This document shows, piece after piece, positions 23,787 to 38,406 of a stretch of DNA of 64,000 bases (the first letter of the stretch is position 1; each line of letters opens with the position of its first letter). The DNA comes from Lama guanicoe (Eukaryota), in contig MU053881.1 in NCBI GenBank assembly GCA_013239625.1, positions 2,790,001-2,854,000 of the forward strand, given 5' to 3'. A program made the position numbers and the translations under genes. The notes under the pieces are model-generated. The model was not told where the DNA came from. It worked only from the letters and a program-made list of their open reading frames with translations, and did no database searches.

Positions 23787-23929
23787 AGGCTGGTTCACTT
23801 CTGGTTCCTCCACAGCCTTACCTGGCCCCAGTCTTAGCACCATGGATTCTGGAAGTGGGGATAGAGACAGAAGCTCGGCAGATAAATGGAGCCTTTTTGG
23901 ACCAAGATCCCTCCAGAAGTCTGATTCGG
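23787..23929 (+). CDS. KIAA1191: KIAA1191 coding exon 6: GWFTSGSSTALPGPSLSTMDSGSGDRDRSSADKWSLFGPRSLQKSDS
   Basis: ttgcag acceptor; G|gtaagg donor. Confidence 0.95.
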
Positions 23930-24036
23930 GTAAGGCGGCCCCTTCACACAAGAACGCGGTGAGGCAGGCGCTGTGCCGTGTGTGCTGGGAACCCCCCGCA
24001 TTTTGAAATCACTTGCTCTGTGCTTCCCTTCTGTAG

Positions 24037-24245
24037 GAGGTTTCGCCACCCAGGCCTACCGAGGCACCCAGAAGCCCTCTCCCATGGAGCTGATGCGCGT
24101 GCAGGCCACGCGAATGGCTGAGGACCCAGCAATGTTCAAGCCGCCCAAGATGGACATCCCGGTGACAGAAGGGAAGAGACAGCTGCCGCGGACCCACGAC
24201 CTCAAAGCCCGCGACTTGAATGTTCTCACACCCACTGGCTTTTAG
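24037..24245 (+). CDS. KIAA1191: KIAA1191 last coding exon: (G)GFATQAYRGTQKPSPMELMR...RDLNVLTPTGF*
   Basis: ctgtag acceptor; TAG stop at 24243-24245; conserved C-terminus RDLNVLTPTGF. Confidence 0.96.
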
Positions 24246-25436
24246 AGCGCTTTCCGTCCCGGGGACTCTGGACAGAGGGTGCCCTGCGCCCAGCTCCCCT
24301 TAACTTGGCTCTGACATAGGAAAGGTTTTCTTGTTCTTGTTTTTGTTTTTCCAGATCTCTTAAACTGAGGCTAGAGCTGGAGACATAATTGGTTTTCGAG
24401 AAACATCAGTGCAAAGCTTGTCCTTGTGTGGAAGAAGCCATTGTGCGTCGCTTTTATTGAGACTCAGTAAACTCAGCAGTGATGTGTGGGGGGCCTCACG
24501 CCCTGTTTGTACCCTTTTCCTGCACAAGAACTTGGCTCGTTGCTGACGAGGTAGATAACGTTTGTGTTGTTCCAGAACCAATGCTTCTTGATTCCTTTCC
24601 CGCCGTCCACGTGAGCCCGGGCCGATCACGGAGCAGAGGTGCTCGCTGACCAGCGCTGGCCCTCGTGGCTGTGCTCCAGCCTTGTCAGGTGGGGGCCCCC
24701 CGATCTGCCTGAGGTCCGAGAGCAGTCGAGAGCCAGGCCTGGCAGGGAGCTGCTCCTCTGGGCGGAAGCCGGGGTCTCCTGGCTTTTCGGTTGGCCTAGT
24801 GGATCGCTTGTCCCGCAGCCACTTCCTCCTGTGTGTGGCGCCTCCCGGGCCGGCGCTGTTGGGGGCATGCTTCTCTCTCATGTGTCACAGAACAAACACT
24901 AGTCTGACAGACCCTTTGTTGCACTTTAAAGTGACATTAATTTAACTCCATTGGTTGAAAACTTCTGAAGGGAGCAGATTCAGCCTGCTGGCGTGGTGTA
25001 GACAAACGGACGTTCGGCTTCCTTAAAGAAGGCGGCAGCTGCAGCTGGAGTGTAGTCTTGAGGTTCACGTGTAACTGCTGTCACCTTATATGTCACCTTG
25101 TATCGATTTTCTTGTTCAGGGCCTGAAACTTTTTTTTTTTTTCTGGGAGGTGGAAGAATTAAACATTTTTCTATATGTCCCTCCACATGAGCTCATACCT
25201 TGTAAACACGTGTCTTACTGAGGAGAGGAGCCAGGGAGACCGCCGCCTCCTTTCGCCTCGCTGTGCACGTGTCCAGTCACCGTCCTGCCGCCGGCTCAGG
25301 CTCCTGCTGTCTGCGGCCTTGGACAGTAAGGAGCTGAGCTGACCTTCCCACTGAGACGCCCTGGGGTCTAAAAGGATCAGAACAATTAATTTATTTGTGT
25401 CTTCTGTTATGCTTGTTACCTCTTACCTGTTTTGAC

Positions 25437-25442
25437 AATAAA
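25437..25442 (+). terminator. Candidate KIAA1191 polyadenylation signal AATAAA
   Basis: About 1.2 kb after the stop and followed by a GT/T-rich tract at about 25474-25500. Confidence 0.6.
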
Positions 25443-25583
25443 AATCCTTATTACTTTCTCAAAGGCGGCTGGCAGTGTTTTGTTTTTCTTTTTGTCCTGT
25501 TAAGAGTTGTGACTCCGTTCTGCCTCCTCGCAGTCGTGGGACCTAAGCATGATACGCTTGGTATTTTCAAAAACCATTGCCTT

Positions 25584-25589
25584 TTTATT
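25584..25589 (-). terminator. Candidate SIMC1 polyadenylation signal AATAAA (alternatives at 25913-25918 and 25390-25395)
   Basis: tttatt on the + strand downstream of the SIMC1 stop; which hexamer is used cannot be determined from sequence. Confidence 0.45.
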
Positions 25590-26146
25590 GTATCCTTTTA
25601 ACATCAGATTTTTCTGTAACACACAATCCTTTTGTTTCTAACCCCCCCATCATTACATTAGATCTTAATAGACTGGCCACAAAGTCAAATTCTTCAGCAA
25701 CAGAACAGGTCCGATGCAGGATGCCTGTGTTCCATTAGGGAGAGACGAATGTGTCTTTCTCTTCTGAAACAGGCTGTCAGTACCGTGAACGACATAGCAC
25801 TGATGTCCAGGATTTGTTCAGCACAGGGATTCTTTTTTCACATCTTGAATGGAAATGTTAAACATACAGTGCGTATAGTATTACCTGTTTCAAAAAAAGT
25901 ATAGATAAATAATTTATTAAAAAATATATACACCTTATATATTTAAGCCGTCTGAGAACAGGCTAGGATAGGATTATTAAAAAAAAGGATATTTACTAAA
26001 GAGTTAGAAAGTTGTTACAGCCTACAGATAAATAAGACAGGTTTGGTCCTGTACGATTTTGAACTACTTTCTGTACTTGGAGGATTTCCAAGCAGCTGGA
26101 GATGGAGTTCAGGAGGTATCCTTGGTGCTCAGGGCTCGGCAGGCCC

Positions 26147-26452
<306 letters not shown>

Positions 26453-27039
26453 CTAGCCTTTACGGCTCTGGAAAGATGAAGTCCAGCTTTGGTGGGCAGG
26501 GTCTGGGCAAAGCCTTGCTGACCGGTTACTAGGACACAAGTCAAAGGCTGTGTTAGTGCCCGTGGTAATTCCATCTCCAAAAGCTCCTCTGTTCTCGTTT
26601 CTCTCTGGACCTCAAGTTTTACATATTTAAAAAAAATTGTATTTCATTTTGGTTTTTTCCCTTTGTTCATTTAAACAATGAACCTATATTAAATAATGAA
26701 ACTTTATTTCAAATTGATGTAACCACTTGGAAAAATATTCATATGAATATTGAATATCTTCAGGGAGATTTGTTCTAAGTATGTAAAGAGCTGCAAAGAA
26801 ATACTAAACTTTACTTGGTTAAGTTTGTTGTAATATTGGTTTATTGTAATTCTATTGAAAAGAAACCACTCTGTATGTCTTATAGGATAGACCAGATGGA
26901 TAAATACATTCGTGTTGTTCAGAATGAGGGCTCTCACTGTGGGAGAAGAGAGGTTCATTTATAGAAGAGAGGGAGGATTCTGTGGGAGTGGAGACTGAGG
27001 TAGCAGCATGAACTTACATTTAAACAATACATGCGCAGC

Positions 27040-28250
27040 TCTGCTGTCACAAAGGGCCTGGAAGCAATGATAGCTGACTGCTGTCCCAGTGGCCACCTGC
27101 ATACTTAGCACCCAGATCTTGGTTTCTAAACACTATTCCCCACTTCCCACCAAGGAACTGGACATTTTTTGGAGAAAAGGCTGATTCTAGGGCCATGGCA
27201 AGGAAATAACAAGGTGCACCTGGAACACCTCTGACAAGAAAGTGAGGATTGAAATGCTCAAGACCTGACGGGGACACAGCAAAAGGTCAAAGAAGTCAGC
27301 TTGAAGATCACATTTTGGACGTGATCATAAAAAATGATGACAAAAGTGGATTATAACGCATTGAATTTTAAAAAGCCCTAAATCCATGGTAAATAAAAAG
27401 GCACAGGGAAAAGGGAAAGGTCCTTCTTCCAGAAGAAGGCCAGTTAAGAAATGTAGAAGGAATACGTATCTAGAAAGTGACCGCTTTTCAAGCTACTAAA
27501 TCGATTCAGGTAACAACCATCAATGAATGCTAAACCATGGAGTGAAAGGCTGAACGGGACATTCAGTCTCACAGTCTGACCCTCTGGATTCCCTACTAAT
27601 AACGAGAATAGCGGAGAAATCCGATGGACACGCCCTTAACCACATGATCAAACTTAACCAAACTGACGCCACTGCCTCCCGACGCCCCGCGCCGGGCAGG
27701 GCTGTGCACCCTCCCCTGCTCGGTGTTCTTGCTGCGCACGAGAAAACAATGGGACAACCTCAGTTACGGGGCGTTCTACAAAATAACTGGTCTGGACCCT
27801 TCAGAAGGGTCCATATTATGAAAGACAAGGCCTGGGAGCTATGTCAAATGACAGGAGACAGAGGAGCGTGACAGCCAAGCCCGGTGTATGATCTGACCGA
27901 ATCCTGGCTCAAACCCGCACACCTAGGAAGGGTATTCTGGGACATAAGAGATGCTATTTTATCAAAGACAGATTTCTTGAGTGGGATAATGGAGAGTGGT
28001 ACGCAGGAGAATATTCTTATTCTTAAGCTGAAGTATTTAAGCAAGAAGGATTATGACAGCACAACTTACTCTCAATGGGTTCAGAAAAAAAAAAACAGAA
28101 AGAAAAAAGTACATAGATAGATCGAAAGATAAAGTAACTGTGGCAAAATGTTACCAGCTTGTGAATCGAGGTAAAGGGTATATAGGTGTACAGGATATTA
28201 CTCTTTTAACTTTCCTGTGGGCCCAAAAGTAAAATACTGGGGAAAAGTAA
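27040..28250 (+). mobile_element. Old L1 (L1MC4-like) 3' region
   Basis: 'gcacccagatcttggtttctaaa', 'ctacaaaataactggtctg', 'gcaacttactctcaatgggttcagaaaaaa', 'tggcaaaatgtta...gtgaatcgaggtaaagggtata'. Boundaries approximate. Confidence 0.7.
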
Positions 28251-30701
28251 AAAGTTATAAAGGTATCTCACTCCACATCCATAGGTCACTCCCAACAAGG
28301 TTCTGAAAGTGCCTGGAATTGAGGCCAAGGAGCCCAAGGTCACATAAAAGGCAAATGGACTGAGAAGAGCTCTGCAGACCTGACCTCAGGCGCACTGGGG
28401 GTCCCGCCAGCATCAGTTTCTCCGTCTCATTTATAAATGGGGTAATGGCACCTTCACTGACAGAGTTATCAGAAGCACTGAACTACGTGCCCAGAAATTT
28501 GGGAAACATAGAATAAACTTATTTATAAGCAAAATATTAGGTTATATTTTCAAATAAAATGCTTAATATGTTTTTCCTCAACCTTCAAATATGTCCTCAG
28601 GTAAAGTCCTTCTAAACGTATAGCAGTGGCCTAACTGTAATCTGAAAAAAAGCACAATAAGTACATATAGATAAATATGGAGTGTCCCCAAAGTCTGGAA
28701 ACACAGGAGGCAGAGCTGCCTTGAAGTGTCATTGCAGGGCCCTTTCAGCATTCAGTCAACAAACACGTGCAGTGAGCACCTCTGCGTCTCTGGAGCTGCG
28801 CTGGACTTGGATACAGTAGGATTAGGGACCTGGCTCAGCCCGCATGGACTGACACTTGAGTGACAGGAAGCCTGACAGTGAACAAGCCAACAAAAACAAC
28901 CACGGTCTCGGTGAGAGCAATCAAAGAAAGAAATCAGACGCTGGGGAACTAAGGAAGCAGCTCGCTCTAGTCGGGGTGATGGGGCGATGGGGGTGGTCTC
29001 AGCTGAGCCCTGGAGACCGAGAAGGAGGCCATCAGGCAAAGGTCCAGGGGAAAGCAGTCCAGGAAGAGAGAAGCGTGCAAATGCCGCGATGGGGGGGCGA
29101 AGCTTGCTCTGAGGACAAGAGGTAATCTGGGCAGGCCGAGGGGGAGCAGGCCAAGGGGGACTGGAGCGCAGGCTGGGCCTCAGGGCATTGCGGAGTGTGG
29201 TCTCTGAAAGCACAGGGAGGTGACGGAGGGCTTTAGGCGGGGAAACGTGCTCTGTGTCACCTTGCTACTGGCAGTCACAGGGGAACAAAAGCCTTTTAGT
29301 GGACTTCGATTTTCTTAAAGCATGTGCTACTCTGAAAAATATAAAAGCGATCTTTTTAAAAATGGAAAGAACTGGCTGAATAGGGTGGCAATAGGGAACA
29401 GAAAGAAAAAAGTACATAGATAGATCGAAAGATAAAGTAACTGTGGCAAAATGTTACCAGCTTGTGAATCGAGGTAAAGGGTATATAGGTGTACAGGATA
29501 TTACTCTTTTAACTTTCCTGTGGGCCCAAAAGTAAAATACTGGGGAAAAGTAAAAAGTTATAAAGGTATCTCACTCCACATCCATAGGTCACTCCCAACA
29601 AGGTTCTGAAAGTGCCTGGAATTGAGGCCAAGGAGCCCAAGGTCACATAAAAGGCAAATGGACTGAGAAGAGCTCTGCAGACCTGACCTCAGGCGCACTG
29701 GGGGTCCCGCCAGCATCAGTTTCTCCGTCTCATTTATAAATGGGGTAATGGCACCTTCACTGACAGAGTTATCAGAAGCACTGAACTACGTGCCCAGAAA
29801 TTTGGGAAACATAGAATAAACTTATTTATAAGCAAAATATTAGGTTATATTTTCAAATAAAATGCTTAATATGTTTTTCCTCAACCTTCAAATATGTCCT
29901 CAGGTAAAGTCCTTCTAAACGTATAGCAGTGGCCTAACTGTAATCTGAAAAAAAGCACAATAAGTACATATAGATAAATATGGAGTGTCCCCAAAGTCTG
30001 GAAACACAGGAGGCAGAGCTGCCTTGAAGTGTCATTGCAGGGCCCTTTCAGCATTCAGTCAACAAACACGTGCAGTGAGCACCTCTGCGTCTCTGGAGCT
30101 GCGCTGGACTTGGATACAGTAGGATTAGGGACCTGGCTCAGCCCGCATGGACTGACACTTGAGTGACAGGAAGCCTGACAGTGAACAAGCCAACAGAAAC
30201 AACCACGGTCTCGGTGAGAGCAATCAAAGAAAGAAATCAGACGCTGGGGAACTAAGGAAGCAGCTCGCTCTAGTCGGGGTGATGGGGCGATGGGGGTGGT
30301 CTCAGCTGAGCCCTGGAGACCGAGAAGGAGGCCATCAGGCAAAGGTCCAGGGGAAAGCAGTCCAGGAAGAGAGAAGCGTGCAAATGCCGCGATGGGGGGG
30401 CGAAGCTTGCTCTGAGGACAAGAGGTAATCTGGGCAGGCCGAGGGGGAGCAGGCCAAGGGGGACTGGAGCGCAGGCTGGGCCTCAGGGCAATGCGGAGTG
30501 TGGTCTCTGAAAGCACAGGGAGGTGACGGAGGGCTTTAGGCGGGGAAACGTGCTCTGTGTCACCTTGCTACTGGCAGTCACAGGGGAACAAAAGCCTTTT
30601 AGTGGACTTCGATTTTCTTAAAGCATGTGCTACTCTGAAAAATATAAAAGCGATCTTTTTAAAAATGGAAAGAACTGGCTGAATAGGGTGGCAATAGGGA
30701 A
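28094..30701 (+). repeat. Direct tandem duplication, unit 1303 bp (copy 1 28094-29396, copy 2 29397-30699, plus 2-bp AA overlap)
   Basis: Constant 1303 offset (ORFs 28752/30055 and 28856/30159); only two differences seen: 28893 A/30196 G and 29188 T/30491 A. Confidence 0.97.
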
Positions 30702-33379
30702 GACTTGGGTTGGGAGCAAGAAGAATCTGGAATTTATTAACACAGGAAATTCAAAGCAGCAAATGTTAGCAGTGTCCACCTAGGCACTGTCCAATAGGGG
30801 AGGAAGCCTTGGTCAGTGGACTTGAATCATTCTGGTCCAGTTGGCAACGCCTTCGGTTTAATGCTTCAGCAGGGATGAGAGTCCTTACAGCTGAGGTTCC
30901 TGTGACTATTGTGTGAGGTGATTTATGTGAAGGGTTTAGCACAAGGCCTGGCTCAGGGCATCCTGGCCGACAGTATTTTTATTATTAGTTCCTGGATCAA
31001 GACCAGGGTTAGTATTACTGTTGAATCATTATCGTCGTCATTACAGGCAGCTCTGACCTATCAGTTGTACTGAGGCCTTCACCTTCTCTGCGCCTCCCAT
31101 CTATCCCCACGTCAGTAGTGGCAGAAGCCTGGGAGTCACCCTTCAGCCTCGGACACTCAAGCCCTGGGACACTGATCTTCAGATGCTCCTGTTCCACCCG
31201 CTGACTTCCCCCCTGCGCCACCCACATCCTCGCCACCGCTACCCCTCCCCCGACCTCTCTGGGCCTCGGCCAAACTATTCGTCACACATCAGGGAGAGTG
31301 ACCTGACTTAAAAGCACTTTGACAGGTGCCCCTCACTCTGGGGATCAAGCTGAAATTCTGTACCATGGACCCCTCACCAGGAAGGCCCCCACGCCTTCTG
31401 CTATCCAGTCTCATGATCTCATCCCGCGCCGGCCCCCCCGGCTCACTGCATCCCAGTCTCACTAGTTGGTTCCATGTTCCTTGGACTCATTAAGCAACCT
31501 CTTGCCTCAAAGCCCTTGGACACGCTGTGTCTGTCTTTCTGGAAAACTCCGCCCTCCCTATTTGCCTGGCTAACACCACATCTCAGCTGAAGTATCACCT
31601 GGACAAACTGGACTGGTCTTGCCTGAGCCTGTCCTCCCCTCTGCGGACAGGGCTCCCCGAGGCAAGGCTGCGTGTGCGACTCCCTGCGGGATGAACGGCT
31701 GTCTGACTTTCGCAGCTGCCCCACGTATGCAGCCCAGTGGAGCGGATTCGGGAAAAGCATCCATTTTGTCCATTTAAATATCACACGTTTAAATTCCTAG
31801 AATTCATAGTTTCAAAATACGAGGTTCTAACTATCCACAAGCATCAGGAAAACCCATGGCACACAGCAATGTGGAACTTTGCTGAGGCTCAAACTTCAGT
31901 TGCGTGGCCGTGTGGGGGATGGACTCCCTCAGCCAGAGAACGTGAGCTCGGCTGACAGCCCAGCGCCCGCATCTCAGTGGGGCTGCTCTGCCCTCTATGG
32001 AAGCACTGATAAAACGTGGGGGTTCAGGATATACTTCTCCCTGAGGTCAAGGGACTACACAAAACTCATTTAACCATGTCTAGAGAGTTTCGAAAATAGG
32101 GGTTGGAAATTTCTTAGAATCTCACCTTCTGATCTCACCCTGTGATTTCATAGGAAAGCAATTCCTTCCAGTGTGTTTTCACTGCGCACGGACTCTGGCA
32201 ACAGACCTAAGTCTGAACCCTAGCCCTGCATTTACTTTTCTCTCAGCCTTCGTCTGCCCCTCTGTGAAAGCGGGGGTGAGGCCTCCACAAGGTTCCTGGA
32301 TCCGATACGCCAGTGCACACTGCGGACCCACCCCGTCTTCCTTTTTCTCTTCCTCCGGGCTAAGAGGTTCCCACAAAGGGCAAGCTCGGGCGCCCCCACC
32401 TCTCCCCTTCTTCCTCCACACTTGGAGCTGGACGACTCAGGCTGACCTCAGAATTGCACTCAACAATGTCCGCAGCGTCCGCCTGAAGAGGGCAGAGATG
32501 CCTAAGGGGCCCTCACGGTGAACCGCCCCCTGACAAGGACCTGCCACTTCAGGGGCCCATTCAGCCGTGTTCTTTGTAGGACGCTGTTTTCAAACTACTG
32601 GTTCTAAATGTCTTTTCTCCTTCTTAACTTTTGGTCTCCAAAGAACTGGAAAGGATGTTAAGGAAATACTCTATTTATTTTCGGTCAATATACGTTGGTC
32701 TGAGGCCTTCCCCTCTTTATTCAAAGCGGAAGAATCCTCTGTAATAAAAGTAGATCCCGTCCGAGCCCGTCTTAAGTCGCTACCGCCCACGACCCAGGTT
32801 ATTCCCTGGGAAGCAGAACAGAAACGAGTGAGAAGTATTAAAGGTGAACTTCAGGCAAAAACAAGTTGCTTTAGTATCAAACTCCCTGCTTGATCTCCCA
32901 ATGAAACAGTTCCATACACCTCAGTGAGGCTGAGGATGCGTGGAATTTGCCTTTGGGGCTTTGTTCTGAGAAGGATGTGCACCTTTCTTGGAGCTAAAAG
33001 ATGCACAAACCACACAACCACGTGCTGTGGCCTCGACAAAGCTCTCTTTTAAGTTTTAGTTACAAGGACGTGAAACACAGAGGAGATCCTTGTGGCCGAC
33101 TCCTGGCCAGGCAACAGGCGGACTGAGAGGCAGCTGCCGTGGCCTGAGCATTTCCTACTTTTTTCTCATGCCTGCGAGACATCCACCCGGGTGAGCCAAG
33201 CATTACCATCCCTGTTCTATGCAAGGAAGAAACTAGAGACAGATAAAGCTAGCTGCTCAGTGCAGAGTAAGCGGTGGAGTTGGGATTTAAACCCAGACCT
33301 TCTATCTTAAATCCAGTGGTTTCTTTTTTTTTTTTTTTTTTAATGTTTCTGTAACAGCTTCCTCAGTTCCAGGCCCAAA

Positions 33380-33975
33380 GGGTGTATGGGCATCTTATCT
33401 TCCTAAGTGCCATGGCTAAGCCAAAGTCAGCCTCGACGTGATCATGGCAGGGACATTTTATACACACACACACACACACACTCTTCCCATTTACTGTTTG
33501 AGAAGGTTGGACATTGCGCCTCTCTAGGCGTCCATACTGCAGAATGGATTTCCTAAGACCAAGAATATTTACTTTCATAAGCCAAGATAAGTATAAAAAA
33601 TAGGAAACAATATTAATCCAATACTATTATCTAATCTGTTTTTTTCTATTTACCAATTGCCCCAGTCATCTACTTTACAGCTTCTTTTTTCCTGCTTCAG
33701 GATCCCATCCAGGATCGTGTGTAATACTTACGTGCTTTAGTTGCTTTTTAATCTAGAACACTTCTTCAGCCTTTCTTTGCTTTTAAGACACTGGCACTTT
33801 TGAGTGGGTTTGTCTGATACTTCCTTGCGATTAAATTCAGGTTCATGAATTTTTGGCAAGAACACTACGTCAGTGACGAGTTGTCCTTCTCAGGGCATCC
33901 CAGCAAGAGGAGTGTCAGTTTTCTCCCCTGTAAACCTACTCTCTTTCCTGATGTAATTAACAATCAGTTTTCCCA
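33380..33975 (-). mobile_element. Old L1 (L1MC4/5-like) fragment, antisense
   Basis: 'atttcctaagaccaagaatatttactttcataa', 'caggatcccatccaggatc', 'gggtttgtctgatacttccttgcgattaaattcaggttcatgaatttttggcaagaa'. Confidence 0.65.
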
Positions 33976-34557
33976 GGGGCCTCAATCTTTGGCTAATAAA
34001 ATCATTCTTAAAATGATCTTGAAGCTGCCATGCCATCATTATCCTTGTCAGTATTTACCCCCGGAGTGTTCATTGTCCAACGCTCCCAGATCCTCACGGA
34101 CCACCAGCTTGGCCTGTGACTGGAGCAGAGCCACTTGCACAGACTTAAGGGTGTCTTACATCCTTGGCAAGATGTACATCTTTCCCTTGCCGCTGACTTG
34201 CTCTGTATTTGCATCATACTGACAGATGTTAACAAACGTCCGTAGTCAGTGAGCAAGTGACCCAACAAGGACGCTGCAGTGACGGGCCAGGGGGAGACGC
34301 CACATCAGGTCACTACTGAATCCGCCTCACGTCAGGACGACTTTCACGTACCTCCACGACCTAGCAATTCTGCAGACCTCTGTACTAACCGCCGTAACAA
34401 AAATACGGTGTGAACCCTTCTATTTCACGGCAGATTCCAGCTACGTCATTCCTTGTTCCTCACAGTTGCAAGCAAGGAACAGCGCTTTACTTAAGCGAAC
34501 AAATTAGACTCCCCCATGTAGCTTTAATTCATAACAATGTCCACTGTGAGACCCTCA

Positions 34558-34743
<186 letters not shown>

Positions 34744-34763
34744 TCACTTTCACGTGATGCTCA

Positions 34764-35018
<255 letters not shown>

Positions 35019-36740
35019 TCAGAGAACAGGTACCACAGATCCCCCCCCGGGCTTCACCCTTTGCCCAAAGACAGAGGAGGAATACAATGAAGGCCTACAA
35101 AACCACGAAGCTTGTGGCCAGAGCAGACGGGGCAGACAGCTCATGAATTAACCACTGCCAGGAGGAGGGAAGGTCTCTGACATTTGAAAAAGACAAGTTT
35201 AGGACATTGAAAAGAACTGCAGCATACTGTAATCAACAGGGCTAATCATGGGATTAAACATTTCTAAATGCCCACAATATACCAGGTACTGTTTGGTACA
35301 AACAAGGACTGTTAAGATAAATAAAAGAGCGGATTACTCTCAAAAAGCTGATATTTGAACAGAAGCAAGAAGTAGGCAAGGGGAACCCATATAAAGTGCA
35401 GGGCAACCGGACAGGTAGGCGACGTGCCTGTGGTGCCTGAGAGACACCAAGGAGAGAGCACATTTGGTCAGAGGGCCGGAAGCAGCTGTGTTACGGAGGA
35501 GGAGGCACTGGGGACAGTGGCCTGGGAAGAGTAAAGAAGGCCCAAGGCAGGAGGCACTTCAATGGAGGGAAAAACCTGGGCAAAAACAAAGAAGTGAAAA
35601 ATAGACAGTTGGGCCACTGCAGCTTTCTTAAATTTCAAGTCCAGGACTTAAGAGTCCCAGAGGAACCCTGGCCCTTGACTCTGTCACTCTGCGCAGCGCA
35701 GGGCTTGGCCGGCCAGCACGGGCGGGTTGGAGCACGTTCAAAGGAGCGTTTATAGCAGGAGAGCCATCAAGCGGGGACTGTGCTTGGGGAGGTGAATTAA
35801 ACTCAGTTTTCTAAAATCAGTGTCAGCTCCAAAAAAAAAAAAAAAAAAGGTATGACTCTCAGATGCATACGGTGCATCTCTGGACGGCCTGGAGGTTTTT
35901 GCCTGAAGACCTGTTGGGTGGTCCTTGCCAGGTCCGCTGGTCTCAGCAGTCCTGAGGGCCAGACAGCTCGCGAGCAGTGAGGAGGGGGCAGCAAGAGGAA
36001 GGGCAGGACGTGCCCGGTCCACCAGCGGCAGAGCCAGCCCCACACACTTCCTTCTTCTACAACATCCTACCCCTTTGCAGTTTTGCAATATCTGGAAAAC
36101 CAGGGGATCTTTGTGCCACTTTCATTTATAGAAACAATAAATAACAAAGTATCCATTCATTTTTATTTTCTTTCTTCCCTTTCTCTTTGCTCTTCCACCA
36201 GGCACACATATAAAAGCAAAGTCAAAAAGCAGAAAAAACATTTTTAAACCTTTGCTTCTTACTATTCAAAAGTGTAAAACAGTCTACACTATTTATGAAA
36301 ATCCACTTTATCGCTTTAATGTGTTTAAAAAATACTGTTCTATATCTTCTCTGACAAATTTTGCTCTTTAATGAAAAGGACTCCAAATTATTACAGTTGT
36401 AAGATAGTCCCCAAATTCCTGCTTTGCATTTGGCCTATTACTCTCATAAGACAGTTCTCCTATTCAATAACGTTTTTATCTCAAACTGTATTTTCTCTTC
36501 CAATGTTTATTCCAGGGCCTGCATTTGTCCTGGTTTTATAGTCCAAGATGGCAAACCCAGAGATATACAGAAGACAAGAAAGTAATTTTAATGTTTTGGT
36601 AGGAAATGGAGGTACAGTTATCTATAGCAATTCAAATTCTAATTTTAAAAACAAGATACCAACATGCAGGAAGGCCAACATCCAGATTCAGCCTTAACAA
36701 GAGTCGCTGGTATTGGATTTACCCTCCTGTCATCAACAAT

Positions 36741-36968
36741 TATTAATTTTTTTCAAAAAATCAGTTTTTTTAATTTGAAAAATTTTAATGATTTAAAAAA
36801 ATTGCAGTATAGTCAATTTATAATGTGTTAAGTTCTGAAGTACAGCATAGTGATTCATTTATATATATGTGTGTGTATATATATACACATATTCCTTTTC
36901 ATATTCTTTTTCATTATAGGCCATTACAAGGTATTGAATATAGTTCCCTGGGCTCTACAGTAGGACCT
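36741..36968 (-). mobile_element. Younger 5'-truncated L1 3' end with TSD
   Basis: Antisense artiodactyl-type L1 tail; TSD tgtcatcaacaat 36728-36740 / tgtcattaacaat 36969-36981. Confidence 0.8.
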
Positions 36969-38406
36969 TGTCATTAACAATGATAAACCTGGACAAAATA
37001 TATGAAATAACTATTTTCAGGCATTGGAGGAGCTACTACAAATTACAACTATTCCTGAGAGAAGGGAAACAAAGGTGGTGAACCTCACGTTTACCCTGGA
37101 TTTCCTGCTGGGGGCACTTTCCAACTAAAGCAGAGGAAAATGTGGGTCTCAAACAGAAAGCAGTGGGTTTGTTGGGCACAGCAAACAGATACTGGAGTTC
37201 AGGAAAGCTGAGGTGGCTGGAATTACTGTCAGAGAAGAGGGAGCTCAAGAAATGTGTGTAAGGGGCCCCCTTGGCACAGAGGAGGATGGACAGGGAGGAG
37301 CTCCAGAACCCTGGGATTCTCCCCCAGCTGGTGAGGGGCTGTGAGCTGAGGGCGTTTGGGAGAGCTCCCAGTGCTGAGAGACACTGGGGGTTCGGGGAGC
37401 TAGAGAAGAGAGCTCACTGAACGTCCTGGGCATTCAGCTGCGACCCCAGCAGGGCTAAGCTGCAAGACTCTAGTCTATTAAGAAGGGCTGCTTTAGAACC
37501 ACCCTGACAGATCTTAGAAACAAGCCTCAAGGGGAGATAAGCTAACCTGCCAGCAAACCAACTGCCTGCTAGAATAAAATTCAACACTCTTTAAAGGAAG
37601 ACAGCAAATTTCAGACTCTCAGTGATGCAGTATTCCTAAGCCTCAGCACACAATAAAAAATTACTAGACAAGGGAAGAAGCAGGAAAATGTGATCCATAA
37701 CCAGGAGTGAAATGTCCACAGAAGCAGACTGAGAGGTGAGGCAGATGCTGAAATTAGCAGACAAGGACTTTAGAAAAGCTATTATAAATATGTTCAAGAT
37801 TAACCAATCAACCGACCAGCCAACCAAACTAACCACGATGTATATGATGAGCGACTAGTTGGGGACTCTTAGCAAAGAGAAATGGACACTATGAAAACAA
37901 AGCAAATGGAAACTCTGCATCTGAAAAATACAATATCTGAAGTGAAAAAAAAAATTCGAAAACCACTGGATGAGCTTAACAACAAATCGCGTACCACAAG
38001 AGAAAAGATCAGGGAGCGTGAAGACTCTCCAAAGTGAAATAGAGAGAGAGAGAGAAAAGAAAGAGAGGTCAAAACAAAATAAAGCAAACAAAGCAACAAC
38101 TGTAGAAAGCACCAGAGCCGCAGTGCTCTGTGGAACAGTATCAAGCAGTCTAACACACATGTACTTGAATTCTCAGAAGAAGATGAGAGTTCGGGGCAAA
38201 AAAACATAAAAAATCATGGCCAAAATATTTCAAAATCTGATCAAAAATACCAGCTCAAAAGATTCAAGAATCTCAATAAACCCCAAGCAGGATAAACATA
38301 AAGGAAACCACATCTAGGTATGGTAATCAAATTGCTGGAAAAAAAAAAAAAGCAGCCAGGTAAAAAAGACACATGCCTCACAGGGGAACAACAGTAAGAA
38401 GTTCTG

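Noticed and set aside
28752..30516. Duplicated 153-aa and 89-aa ORFs as a tandem gene pair
   Set aside because: Non-ATG starts, no recognisable protein, overlap an L2-like remnant; the duplication is of intronic DNA.
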